Assembly: GCA_030059665.1 (NCBI GenBank)
Contig: JANVYR010000001.1
Span: 640,001 to 704,000 of the forward strand
Source of the DNA: Candidatus Calditenuis fumarioli
Lineage (GTDB): Archaea > Thermoproteota > Nitrososphaeria_A > Caldarchaeales > Calditenuaceae
DNA: 64,000 bases
Reading direction: 5' to 3'
Shown here: piece after piece, positions 1 to 8,915 of the stretch
Layout of the letters: every line of letters begins with the position of its first letter
How positions within the stretch are numbered: the first letter of the stretch is position 1
Made by a program: the position numbers and the translations under genes
Notes under the pieces: generated by a model
The model's database searches: none
The model's input: the letters and a program-made list of their open reading frames with translations, nothing else
What the model was told of the DNA's origin: nothing

Positions 1-411
1 TCGCTGCCGGAGGATAGCGTGCTGAGGCAGAACCTCTCGATGGGATGGAACGTGGTTCTCGCCGAGAGCTGGGACGACGCGGTGAGATTGGTGGACGCGA
101 TCGCACCGGAGCACCTCTCGGTGGCCTCCGACGGGCTCGCCCACCTCGTCGGGAAGGTCCGGAACGCGGGAGCCGTGACGGTCGGTACAGGTGTTCCGAG
201 CGTGTTGCTGGACTACTTCGCAGGGGCCTCCCACGTCCTTCCGACAGGAGGGTGGGCCAGAGCAAGGGGAGGTCTCACGGTCCTCGACTACGTCAAGCTG
301 ATCAACGTCGTCAGGGCCGATGAGCGCGTCCGGGCGAAGGCATCGGAGGAGGTGGGCCTTTTGGCGGAGGTCGAGGGGCTGCCGAACCACAGGAGGGCAC
401 TCAGCGCTTGA
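1..411 (+). CDS. hisD: Histidinol dehydrogenase, C-terminal part (5' truncated by window)
   Basis: Frame open from base 1; APEHL, NAGAV, DYFAGASHVLPTGG and EVEGLPNH motifs of the HisD C-terminus. Confidence 0.93.
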   Translation, partial: SLPEDSVLRQNLSMGWNVVLAESWDDAVRLVDAIAPEHLSVASDGLAHLVGKVRNAGAVTVGTGVPSVLLDYFAGASHVLPTGGWARARGGLTVLDYVKLINVVRADERVRAKASEEVGLLAEVEGLPNHRRALSA

Positions 412-1583
412 GCTCGTTCGTGAGGGTCGGGCGGGGGCTCGTCAGGAGGGCGGCAATCAACGAGCTGGCGATCGTCGACGCGGTGATCTTCGACTGCGAC
501 GGCGTGCTGATCGACGTCAGGGGATCCTACGACAGGGCCGTCCTCGAGTCGGTGAGGGTCGTGATGGAGGGAGCGTTCGGGATGGAGCTGCCCGACACCG
601 CGCTCGATGCCAGGCACCTCTACCTGCTCCGGAAGACAGGTGGGTTCAACAACGACCTGGACGCCGCGTGGGTCATAGCCCTCTGGCTGTTCACCGGAGT
701 TGAGGAGCTTGCGATCCGTGAGCTGGGCGAGAGGTTGGAGGCCGTGATGAGCCGCAGGCCTAAGAACCCGAGGCAGCTCTTCGACGCGGTGGCCTCCTCA
801 GCTCCGGACCGCTCCTTTCCCAGGAAGATGCTCAGGGTGAACCCGGTGCCGCTCGAGGTGCTGCTGGAGAGGGCCCCCAGGTCTGGCAGATCCCACATGA
901 CCCGCGACGACGTGGAATCGGTGCTGAGGGTCCAGGCGCAGGACAGGGGCATCTTCGCGGAGTACGAGTCGTTCAAGGATTTCCTCGGCAGGGGCAGAAC
1001 CTACGGCCTCGACCTGCTCGAGACGGTCTTCGACGACCTGTACTACGGCAGGGATGCCGTCAGGGCGGTCTTCGGGACCGGGCCCTACTTCGACTTCGGA
1101 GAGGGCCTGTACCGCAACGAGGTGCCGATGGTGGACGGAGCGGTCCTCCTCAGGTTGGAGGAGCTCATCGGTTCCGGTCGGATGGGGATGGTCACCGGCA
1201 GGGACTCGGTCACCACCTGGGAGGTGCTTAACGACCTGAGGGCGTTCTTCAGGGAGGGCGCCTGCGTCTTCATAGCCGACGAGCTGAGGAGGGGCGGGCC
1301 TGAGACGCTGATGAAGCCGAGCCCGTACGGCCTCCTGAAGTCGGCCGCGGCTTTGGGCCCCAGAAGCTCTCCGCTCTACGTGGGGAACTCCGCCGAGGAC
1401 CTGCACTCCGCCCGGTATGCTGAGTCCTACGGTCTCAAAACCCTCTTCGCCGCCGTGGTCGGACTCCACCCTGACCCTGAGGACGCGACGCGGGACTTCA
1501 TCGCTAACGGCGCAGACGTCATAGTGGGCGACGTCGCCGAGCTCGTGGAGGTTCTGGAGAAAGTGAAGGTAAGGGGTCTGTGA
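408..1583 (+). CDS. HAD-superfamily hydrolase with large cap insertion; possible histidinol-phosphate phosphatase
   Basis: Motif I IFDCDGVLID, motif II MVTGR, KPSP, motif IV YVGNSAED; TTGA overlap with hisD stop. Confidence 0.8.
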   Translation: MSSFVRVGRGLVRRAAINELAIVDAVIFDCDGVLIDVRGSYDRAVLESVRVVMEGAFGMELPDTALDARHLYLLRKTGGFNNDLDAAWVIALWLFTGVEELAIRELGERLEAVMSRRPKNPRQLFDAVASSAPDRSFPRKMLRVNPVPLEVLLERAPRSGRSHMTRDDVESVLRVQAQDRGIFAEYESFKDFLGRGRTYGLDLLETVFDDLYYGRDAVRAVFGTGPYFDFGEGLYRNEVPMVDGAVLLRLEELIGSGRMGMVTGRDSVTTWEVLNDLRAFFREGACVFIADELRRGGPETLMKPSPYGLLKSAAALGPRSSPLYVGNSAEDLHSARYAESYGLKTLFAAVVGLHPDPEDATRDFIANGADVIVGDVAELVEVLEKVKVRGL

Positions 1584-1595
1584 GGGTACTCGATC

Positions 1596-2051
1596 TCAGT
1601 ACTGTTCCGCAACCACCTCTATGTGGATCAGCGTCTTGTTGTGCGGAGAGGCCCTTCCGAAGGCCCTGGGGAAGAACTTCTTGATCACCCTGCCCTTGTG
1701 GACCGCCGCGTGGACTATCCTGAGCCTCGAGGTGTCGAGTCCCTTGAACTCGGCGTTGGCCTCCAGCGACTCCAGCAGCTTCAGCAGCAGCCTCGCTGGC
1801 TTGACCGGGTAACCGCCCGGCCCCTTCGTCTCGGAGTGGTGGGCCCTCAGCTTCCTGTACCTCCGGTAAGGTATCATCCTCCGGCGTTCGATCACGTCCT
1901 GGAGCAGCCTCTTCGCGTCCTCCAGGTCCATCCCCTTGATGGCCGCACAGACCTCCCTCGTCCACTTCGGCGATGCGTCCACCTCCCTCAGGCTCGCCTT
2001 GGCGATCCTCGACTCGTCCGCGAGCTGGATCGAGTAGCCCCACTTCGGCAT
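1596..2051 (-). CDS. rpl22: 50S ribosomal protein L22 (uL22)
   Basis: REVCAAIKGM, GGYPVK, NAEFKGLD, PRAFGRASP and HIEVV motifs of archaeal uL22. Confidence 0.96.
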   Translation of the reverse strand: MPKWGYSIQLADESRIAKASLREVDASPKWTREVCAAIKGMDLEDAKRLLQDVIERRRMIPYRRYRKLRAHHSETKGPGGYPVKPARLLLKLLESLEANAEFKGLDTSRLRIVHAAVHKGRVIKKFFPRAFGRASPHNKTLIHIEVVAEQY

Positions 2052-2171
2052 CTCCGTCCTCCTGGCGACCGCTAATCCTCGCTATTAACGCTGCCTCGAG
2101 CAAGGGCTCAACCGTAAATGAGCTGAGTTTGCGGCAAACGCTTTTTCTCCTCCATAGACGTAGAGGTTGGG

Positions 2172-2963
2172 ATGGCCTACTATCTGGTCCGGGCGAGACC
2201 GAGGGAGGGCGCGCTTCACAGGGTGAGGCAGCTGCTGGACGGAGGAACGATCGCGTCCATGAGGCCCTTCGGGCCAGCCCTGGATCTCAGCCTCAGGGGT
2301 GCGAGGTACGACCTCAAGGGCACCCTGCTCTGGGAGGAGGAGGACTACTGCACGCCGCCCTTAGCAATGGAGAGGGAGGCGGTCCTCGACAGGCACTTCG
2401 AGATCTCATCCATAGAACCGGTCAGGAGGGGTGAAGGCTGGTCGAAGGTCTCGTTCTACCCCAGCGTCTGGACGTTCCTCAACGGTCTCCCCGTTAGGAA
2501 GGGCGAGAGGCCCTTGACCAGAAGGGGCATGCCCCACCAGCAGCTGACCCAGACCTCCAGCCCCGAGATTTACAGGAGGCTCGCGGAGCTGCTCTTCTCC
2601 CTTCCCGGCGTGAGGGAGGAGGTGAGCGCGGTCTCGGTGCCCGGAGCGAGGGCCCTGGTCCTCGAAGAGGGAGAGCCTGCAGGCCCACCCGACGCCTTCA
2701 TGGTCGGAAGGGAGTTCGCGCACCTCCATCCTCCCGGCGACGGCAGCCTCCACCTCATGGCACCGCCCAACTGGGTCGAAGAGATACTCCGCAAGGGTTG
2801 GGGCGAGAGGCACCCCGCCGCGGGGTTGCTGATCCCGGAGAACGCCGTGATGGTCTATGCCCCGAGGGACGAGGCTGAGCTGGCAACGGTCTACGAGATC
2901 GTCCTCCTCTCCTACTGGCGGGCCAAGGGCGTGGAGGTGCCGGATCCGGGTTCTCTCGTCTGA
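2172..2963 (+). CDS. Two-domain protein: N-terminal ~100-aa uncharacterised domain plus luciferase-like (DUF5519-type) C-terminal domain
   Basis: C-terminal REFAHLHPPGDGSLHL...GWGERHP motif; N-terminal WEEEDYCTPPLAMERE. Confidence 0.65.
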   Translation: MAYYLVRARPREGALHRVRQLLDGGTIASMRPFGPALDLSLRGARYDLKGTLLWEEEDYCTPPLAMEREAVLDRHFEISSIEPVRRGEGWSKVSFYPSVWTFLNGLPVRKGERPLTRRGMPHQQLTQTSSPEIYRRLAELLFSLPGVREEVSAVSVPGARALVLEEGEPAGPPDAFMVGREFAHLHPPGDGSLHLMAPPNWVEEILRKGWGERHPAAGLLIPENAVMVYAPRDEAELATVYEIVLLSYWRAKGVEVPDPGSLV

Positions 2964-3025
2964 CGGAGATCACATGCCCGCGATCTCCCACAACAGCTAA
3001 AAGCGACGCCGAGCTTGACGGGTCG

Positions 3026-3265
3026 ATGCCTCAGGTCAGGATCGTTTACTGCGTTCCCTGCGGCTTCCTCCCGAGGGCGATCCAGCTGGCGAGCGACCTC
3101 CTCAACAGGTACGGCACGAAATACCTGAAGGACTTCTCGGTGACGCTGGACACGGGAGACGGAGGGATCTTCGACGTCTACGTCGACGGAAAGCTGGTCT
3201 TCTCGAGGAAGGCCGAGGGAGGGAGGTTCCCGACGGTCGAGGACATCGCGAAGCATCTGGGATGA
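3026..3265 (+). CDS. SelT/SelW/SelH (Rdx) family thioredoxin-like protein
   Basis: IVYCVPC (CxxC), GGIFDVYVDG, GRFP; 79 aa. Confidence 0.88.
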   Translation: MPQVRIVYCVPCGFLPRAIQLASDLLNRYGTKYLKDFSVTLDTGDGGIFDVYVDGKLVFSRKAEGGRFPTVEDIAKHLG

Positions 3266-3738
3266 CCAAGGCTAGGACTCCCCAAGAGACCAGGAAGAGG
3301 GTTGCGGTGGGTGCCGACGACCTGTACCCCGCCGCGCTGGAGGTGGTGAGGTACCTCAGCTCGAAGGGCTTCGAGGTGGAGAGGGTCGGTTCCCTCGTGA
3401 CGGGGCGGGTCGAGCCGTGGCCCGATGTGGCCGTTGAGGTGGCCAAGAGGGTCGCCGGGGGAGAGGTGGACTTCGGCGTGGTCGTCTGCTACACCGGGAC
3501 CGGAGTCTCGATTGCCGCGAACAAGGTGAGGGGCGTGAGGGCGGCCCTCTGCTTCGACGCCGAGACCGCGAGGGGCGCGAGGCTCTGGAACGACGCAAAC
3601 GTCCTTGCGCTAAGCGGCCGGCTCACCTCCCCCCACGTCGCCCGGGAGATCCTGGACGCCTGGCTCTCCGTTGAGAGGATCGACGAGTCAGAGAGGACCA
3701 ACATAGAGAAGGTGAAGAAAATGGACGAGGTGCGGTGA
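3262..3738 (+). CDS. rpiB: Ribose-5-phosphate isomerase B (RpiB/LacA/LacB family)
   Basis: VAVGAD, CYTGTGVSIAANKVRGVRAALC, ARLWNDANVL. Confidence 0.9.
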   Translation: MTKARTPQETRKRVAVGADDLYPAALEVVRYLSSKGFEVERVGSLVTGRVEPWPDVAVEVAKRVAGGEVDFGVVVCYTGTGVSIAANKVRGVRAALCFDAETARGARLWNDANVLALSGRLTSPHVAREILDAWLSVERIDESERTNIEKVKKMDEVR

Positions 3739-3746
3739 CCTCGGCC

Positions 3747-4256
3747 TTAGCCTTGCTTCTGCACACCTGACTTGAGGGCCTTCACGAACTCGAGGACCTC
3801 CTTCGCGTGCTCCGCCGGGCTCACCTTGGTGAAGACCTTCACCACCGTTCCGTCCGGCGCGATGACGAAGGTGTGACGTTTCGCCTTCCTGGTCAGGCCG
3901 TTGAGGGAGGCGTAGGCCCTTGCGACCTCACCGCGCACGTCGCTCAGCAGTGTGAAGTTCAGCCCGTACTTTTTCGCGAACCTCGCGTTCCTCTCCGGCG
4001 GGTCGGTGCTGATGCCGACGACCGTCACGCCCTCCGAGCTGAGGTCAAGCATGTGGTCCCTGAAGGAACAGGCCTCCTTCGTGCATCCCGGCGTGTCCGC
4101 CATCGGGTAGAAGTAAACCACGACGTAGCTCCCCTTGTTCAGGACGTCGGAGAGCCTGAAGGTCTTCCCGTTGGCATCAGGCAGCTCGAACTCCGGAGCT
4201 TGCCTCCCAAGTAGCTCCTCTGGACTCTTCGGTGCCGTCTCGGACAAGCGGATCAC
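3747..4256 (-). CDS. bcp: Peroxiredoxin, BCP/PrxQ family
   Basis: YFYPMADTPGCTKEACSFRD signature. Confidence 0.93.
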   Translation of the reverse strand: MIRLSETAPKSPEELLGRQAPEFELPDANGKTFRLSDVLNKGSYVVVYFYPMADTPGCTKEACSFRDHMLDLSSEGVTVVGISTDPPERNARFAKKYGLNFTLLSDVRGEVARAYASLNGLTRKAKRHTFVIAPDGTVVKVFTKVSPAEHAKEVLEFVKALKSGVQKQG

Positions 4257-4295
4257 CCGTTCTGCGCTGACCCGAACTTCAGTCCCTGATCTCGG

Positions 4296-4643
4296 TCAGT
4301 GTCCGCATCCGCATGAGCAGCCGCCGTGGCCGTGGGAGTGTTCCTCGTGCGCTCCCAGCCGCCTCACGAGGAAGCCCTCGCCGAAGGGCGTGACGTCGTA
4401 GTCCAGCTCGACCTCGCCGATCCGCTCGGCGGAGAAGCTGTCGATGAAGAACTTCACGCCGTCGACGTTCACCACCCTATCGCCCTCGTACTCCCGGTCC
4501 TCCAGCGCCAACCCGTACTGGGGCCCGCAGCAGCAACCCTCCGTCACGAAGATCCTTATTCCCACCTCACCACCGACCTCTTTCAGAACCTCCCTCATCT
4601 TCTCCAGCGCCCTCTCGGTGACCCTGAGCTTCACGTCCTGCAT
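4296..4643 (-). CDS. HesB/IscA/SufA-type Fe-S cluster assembly accessory protein
   Basis: LRVTERA, EGCCCGPQYGL, VDGVKFFID, ELDY; start placed at ATG 4643. Confidence 0.85.
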   Translation of the reverse strand: MQDVKLRVTERALEKMREVLKEVGGEVGIRIFVTEGCCCGPQYGLALEDREYEGDRVVNVDGVKFFIDSFSAERIGEVELDYDVTPFGEGFLVRRLGAHEEHSHGHGGCSCGCGH

Positions 4644-4744
4644 CGCGTTCTGTTTCGCATGACCTTTAGAAAAACTTTCACCACCAACAACGGAGGTGCG
4701 GAGCTGACCAAGCACGCCGCGTCAGAAGGTCGGGCTTCGGCGGA

Positions 4745-4984
4745 TCAGGTGGAGGGGCTCATCACGAGCATCGTGAGGGTGGACCTGACCTTCTCCAGCC
4801 GACGGATGTTCCACGAGACGATCTCCTTCAGCTTCTCCATGTTCTCCGCCTCTACCTTGGCCACGATGTCGTAAACGCCGTAAACTGCATACGCCTCCTT
4901 GACCGCGGGCATCGACTGGAGCTGCTTCAGGACCTCCTCCTCCGCACCGATCTCCGTGTTTATCAGGACGAACGCGATCGGCAC
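4745..4984 (-). CDS. Lrp/AsnC ligand-binding (RAM) domain protein
   Basis: AFVLINTEIG...AYAVYGVYDIVAKVE...VRSTLT; start placed at GTG 4984. Confidence 0.88.
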   Translation of the reverse strand: MPIAFVLINTEIGAEEEVLKQLQSMPAVKEAYAVYGVYDIVAKVEAENMEKLKEIVSWNIRRLEKVRSTLTMLVMSPST

Positions 4985-5142
4985 GTCACCAGTGATACCG
5001 CGACTTCCTAAAAAGCTTTCATGAGGCGTCGGCGACCTGCCGAAGCCAGCGGCGTTGTCACCGATGGGCCGCTTCCACCCGGACCACCCCGGAGATAGCA
5101 TTATAATGGCAGGCGAATAGGGAGGAAATAGGTGGTTGCGGG

Positions 5143-5343
5143 ATGCCGAAGCACATCCTCGTGACCCTGACGGACGAGCAGTACCGGTGCCTCAGCTACC
5201 TCAAGGGCAAGATGGGGAGCAGCGACGCGGAGGTCCTCCGGAACGTCTTCCTCGCTTGGGTCTGGGAGAAGATGGGAGGTGCAGTCCTCGGCGAGTGCTG
5301 GACCGACGTCAAGAGGATGATCCCTGAGAAGGGCGACCAGTGA
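5143..5343 (+). CDS. Small ribbon-helix-helix-like DNA-binding protein
   Basis: 66 aa; N-terminal alternating strand KHILVTLT followed by two helices (DEQY.., SDAEVLR). Confidence 0.55.
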   Translation: MPKHILVTLTDEQYRCLSYLKGKMGSSDAEVLRNVFLAWVWEKMGGAVLGECWTDVKRMIPEKGDQ

Positions 5344-6802
5344 GCGATACCTGCGGGTCAGGAAACCCGGCGTAGATGGGATCGGGGTTCTTCCAGATCA
5401 GGTACTCCGGCGGGTTGAGGAGCGAGACGAGCGCCTTCGCGGCCCTCTCCGGGTCCAGCTTCCTCGAACCGGATCTCCTCCAGTAGTCTCCCACGGAGCT
5501 CAGGGCATTGAGGGCCCTCCTCCGCTTGCGACGGTTCAGGCTCTCGAACCAACGCCTGAAGAGCTCGCCGTCGAGCAGAATGCGTTCCGTGGCACCTAAC
5601 GACCTCAGCTCCTTGTACGCCCGATCGAGCCTCTCCATTCTCACGTCCGAGGGGCCAGACACCCTCACCATCCCAGCCCGCTCGAAGAACGGGTTGTACT
5701 TCGCCATCACGGCCAGCGTCTCGACGTAGGGTCTCCCCTCCAGCGGCATCGTATGCCTGACCAGCTCAACCGCCACGCCTATCCCCCTGAACTTCGGGTG
5801 GACTATGACACGCGATACCCGGACGAAGTGCTCGTTCAGCCATTTGAGGTAGCTCCGCATCCCGGATCTGATCAGCTCCCGAAGGAACGGCAGAGCTGCG
5901 TTGCGTGCGCGGAGGTTCGGATGCGGATAGGAGTAGACGATCACGCCCGCGAGCTCATCGCCGATCATCGCTCTGTAGACCGCCTTCACATGTCCTGGGT
6001 TCCTTCCACGGTAGTGAAACTCCGAGAGAGCCCTGTAATCTTCCGCTGAGCCCTTTTCTATTTTCAGAGAGCGCAATAAACTGCACCTCTCCGGCCTCGG
6101 CAGATCGTACCTCACCTCAGCGTTGGACCCGAACCGCTTGATCACGAGGACGTCAGGCCCCAAATCCTCGACCAGGTCGTCGTGGGCGGAGGCGGCCACC
6201 AAGGTCATCCCCCTCTTCCTGCACCACCTCTGCGTGAGGAAGGCGAGGACCCTCGCCGTGACGCGGTCGAGGTTCGAGCAGAACTCGTCTACGATCAGCG
6301 TCCTCGGTTTCAGGTCGAGGGCCTTCGCCACCCTGTAGCGGAACTTCTGGCCGTCGCTCAGCTCCCTGTACCTCCTGAGGAAGAGGTAGGCCTCTCCGAG
6401 CCCGACGAAGGACAGCAGCTCTATCGCCTCGGCCACGTCCCTTCCCACGCCCTCGATGACCCGCTCGTTCGGATCCACCTCCACCGAGTCCATGTTCAGC
6501 ACCGGTTTGAACTCCTCGTGCCTCTGCAGCTCCCTCTCGAGGTCTTTCAGGATCAGTGACTTCCCACCTCCGCTCTCGCCAGTGACGTAGACCACGTCGC
6601 CGGGATCCACGTCCAGCACCAGGTCCCGGTAGATCACGTGCTCCCTTCGGCCTATCCCGATCCCGAAAGCCCTGTGGACCTCCAGCACCCTCTTCGAGTA
6701 ACGCGCAGGCGAATCGAAGGTACGGCTCAGCCTGAACGACTTCCTCTCCTCCCTCTCCGGGACGATGACGTAATCCCTCAGCCTCAGCAGCAAGACGCTC
6801 AC
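5309..6802 (-). CDS. ABC-type ATPase fused to GNAT acetyltransferase (COG2401-like)
   Basis: Walker A GESGGGKS, signature LSDGQ, Walker B LIVDEF, H-loop SAHDD; GNAT motif SRVIVHPKFRGIG and NPFFERAGM. Confidence 0.85.
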   Translation of the reverse strand: MSVLLLRLRDYVIVPEREERKSFRLSRTFDSPARYSKRVLEVHRAFGIGIGRREHVIYRDLVLDVDPGDVVYVTGESGGGKSLILKDLERELQRHEEFKPVLNMDSVEVDPNERVIEGVGRDVAEAIELLSFVGLGEAYLFLRRYRELSDGQKFRYRVAKALDLKPRTLIVDEFCSNLDRVTARVLAFLTQRWCRKRGMTLVAASAHDDLVEDLGPDVLVIKRFGSNAEVRYDLPRPERCSLLRSLKIEKGSAEDYRALSEFHYRGRNPGHVKAVYRAMIGDELAGVIVYSYPHPNLRARNAALPFLRELIRSGMRSYLKWLNEHFVRVSRVIVHPKFRGIGVAVELVRHTMPLEGRPYVETLAVMAKYNPFFERAGMVRVSGPSDVRMERLDRAYKELRSLGATERILLDGELFRRWFESLNRRKRRRALNALSSVGDYWRRSGSRKLDPERAAKALVSLLNPPEYLIWKNPDPIYAGFPDPQVSLTGRPSQGSSS

Positions 6803-8121
6803 CCGATCGCCGCAGCGAAGCTCCCGGTGGAGTCGACGGTGGAGGCGTAGCAGGCCAAGGCAAGGGCCCTGGCGAGGTCGTCACGCGTGCCGTGGGGGTG
6901 ATGGAAGACGAGCCGGCCCCTCCTCGTCCTCTCGAACTTCACCGCCTGCAGCGAGGAGATCAGGGCGTCATCGAGGTAGATCCTGAGCCTGCCGCCCTCC
7001 ATCAACACCTTCGTGGCGATCATGGCCCTCTCCACCTCATCGGGCCCCACGCCTATGACCCGTATCCCGTACGACTCCAGCTGCTCCCTGATCGGTATCC
7101 CCGCTCCTATCTCCTCCAGGGCTAGGTCGAAACCCATCTGCCGGTAGAGGTTCACGACCCTGCCGACGGAGTAGGTGTAGCTCTCGCTCATCCAGAGCTC
7201 GGTGTGGACGAGCCTCAGTGTTCCGCCGTCAGCCTCAACGACCGCCAGCGCGTTCGGGTCAGCCCTCCCTCCCCAGTCGAACCCAGCGTAGAGCCTCCCG
7301 CGGCCGACCTCGCCGGGCTGATAGTCCTCGATGCAGGACCTGATCAGCTCGGATGGGAAGAAGCTGCTGGCGTCGTCGACGAACTCCGCGAGCATCTCCC
7401 TCCTGAAGGCCTCCTCGCCCATCAGCCTCCTCTGCTCCTCGATGAAGGACGGTCTGATCAGAGGACATGCGGTCGCGGGCCACCTCTTCACGCTCCACCC
7501 GGGATCGGTGAAGCACCGGTAGAAGACGTGGTTTCTGTCCCAAGGTGTGCTCACCATCCAGAAGTGGCCGTCGGTGGTTGCGATCTGGGGCATCAGGACG
7601 TCGGTTATCACCGGCTCCGGAACGAACGCCGCCTCGTCGACGATCACGAGGTCCGCGGTGAGGCCCCTGATGGTGCTACCCAGCGTCCCCGACGGAAGCG
7701 CTACTATCCGGCTGCCGTTCCTGAAGGAGATCTCGCTCCTCCTCTTCGCACGCAAGAGCTTCAGGCAGGTTTCGGAGCCCCTGACGAACTCCGAGATCTT
7801 CTCCAGGAGGTTAAGGCTCTGTCTCAGCGTCGGCGCCACCAGCAGCACCCTCGCCCCTTTCCTCGAGAGGGCCAGGTGGAGCGCCTTCACGGCGACCGTC
7901 GTCGACTTCCCGGTCTGCCTGGCGGCGCACACGCAGATCCTCTTGCTCGGATCCGATAGCAGCTCCTCCTGGTAGGCGAAGGGCCTCCAGTTCAGGACCG
8001 AGACTGCGAACTCCACCGCGTCCTCCGGTACCCTAGTCGCCGCGGCCTCCCTCTCCCTTCTCAGCTCGACGAGCCTCCGGTAGAGCGCCTGACCTCCCCG
8101 AAGAGGGACCGAACCCCTCAA
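6799..8121 (-). CDS. Terminase large subunit (TerL)
   Basis: Walker A AARQTGKST, IRGLTADLVIVDEAAF, coupling motif VSTPW, RNase H-like domain YAGFDWG...D and C-terminal RDDLARALALA. Confidence 0.9.
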   Translation of the reverse strand: MRGSVPLRGGQALYRRLVELRREREAAATRVPEDAVEFAVSVLNWRPFAYQEELLSDPSKRICVCAARQTGKSTTVAVKALHLALSRKGARVLLVAPTLRQSLNLLEKISEFVRGSETCLKLLRAKRRSEISFRNGSRIVALPSGTLGSTIRGLTADLVIVDEAAFVPEPVITDVLMPQIATTDGHFWMVSTPWDRNHVFYRCFTDPGWSVKRWPATACPLIRPSFIEEQRRLMGEEAFRREMLAEFVDDASSFFPSELIRSCIEDYQPGEVGRGRLYAGFDWGGRADPNALAVVEADGGTLRLVHTELWMSESYTYSVGRVVNLYRQMGFDLALEEIGAGIPIREQLESYGIRVIGVGPDEVERAMIATKVLMEGGRLRIYLDDALISSLQAVKFERTRRGRLVFHHPHGTRDDLARALALACYASTVDSTGSFAAAIG

Positions 8122-8456
8122 GATCCCTCACCGCCCTTCGCCAGCTCCTCCGCGAGCGCCCTGAGCTCGGCCACCTCCCTCTCCCGCCTGATCCGGCTGA
8201 GGAGCTCCAGTCCCTTGAGCGATATGCCGAGGTAGGCCTGGGAGGCCCTCTGGTCGTTGCGACGCCTCGCCTCGAGCGACTGCTGGTAAGCGTCCCTCAC
8301 CACCTTCCAGACCTCCTCCTCCAGCTCGTCCCACTCCTCCCCGGAAGCGGTCCTCTCGGCCCTCCTCTGGAGCCTCCTCAGACCCTCGCTTACCCTGAGG
8401 ATCCTCCGCTCGAGGCGCCTCACGCCTTCCATCCCATCAGATTTCGTAGACCTCAC
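8118..8456 (-). CDS. Helical protein, candidate terminase small subunit (start may be 8432)
   Basis: Charged, all-helical ~105-112 aa; stop overlaps TerL start (TTGA). Confidence 0.5.
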   Translation of the reverse strand: MRSTKSDGMEGVRRLERRILRVSEGLRRLQRRAERTASGEEWDELEEEVWKVVRDAYQQSLEARRRNDQRASQAYLGISLKGLELLSRIRREREVAELRALAEELAKGGEGS

Positions 8457-8787
8457 CCCCGAACCACCGCTGGATCTGGGCGTAGTTCCTCACCTCCTTC
8501 TTCGGAACGTTCATCACGCCGCGCTCTATCGAGTCGATGAGGACAAGGGGGATGTACGTGATGTCGCTGTTCTCCGGCTTCCGTTCGACCACCAGCCTCA
8601 GGTAGACGAGTCTCTCGCCTCTGACGAGTCCGCCGTATGCTCCCATCGAGACGATCGGGCTGTCCACCTTCTTCGGGTTCCTCATGTTGTTCGGAACGTC
8701 CCTCCAGGTGCAGGCATCATACCACCTGACCATTATCAGCTCCCCTTCTCTCAGAGAGCTCAGGACCTGTCTCAGCTTCCTGCGCAT
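8437..8787 (-). CDS. Hypothetical virus-like protein (IMVRWYDA motif, beta-rich)
   Basis: 116-aa ORF heading the terminase operon; host-like codon use. Confidence 0.55.
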   Translation of the reverse strand: MRRKLRQVLSSLREGELIMVRWYDACTWRDVPNNMRNPKKVDSPIVSMGAYGGLVRGERLVYLRLVVERKPENSDITYIPLVLIDSIERGVMNVPKKEVRNYAQIQRWFGGEVYEI

Positions 8788-8915
8788 CGTCTACAGTCAA
8801 AGCACACGATAGAATTACAGTGTTGCGATTCTTGCAGGGAGTGATGCCTCAATTGATGACACATTTCTGCCTTTAATGCGAGAGCAGATACGGCTGCGCC
8901 TCCGATGATCGGGCG

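Noticed and set aside
3026-3265. Selenocysteine in the SelW-like protein
   Set aside because: Motif is CxxC (TGC..TGC); no in-frame TGA
8835-8915. Possible box C/D sRNA (TGATGA at ~8854)
   Set aside because: No properly placed CTGA D or D' boxes; better explained as the divergent promoter
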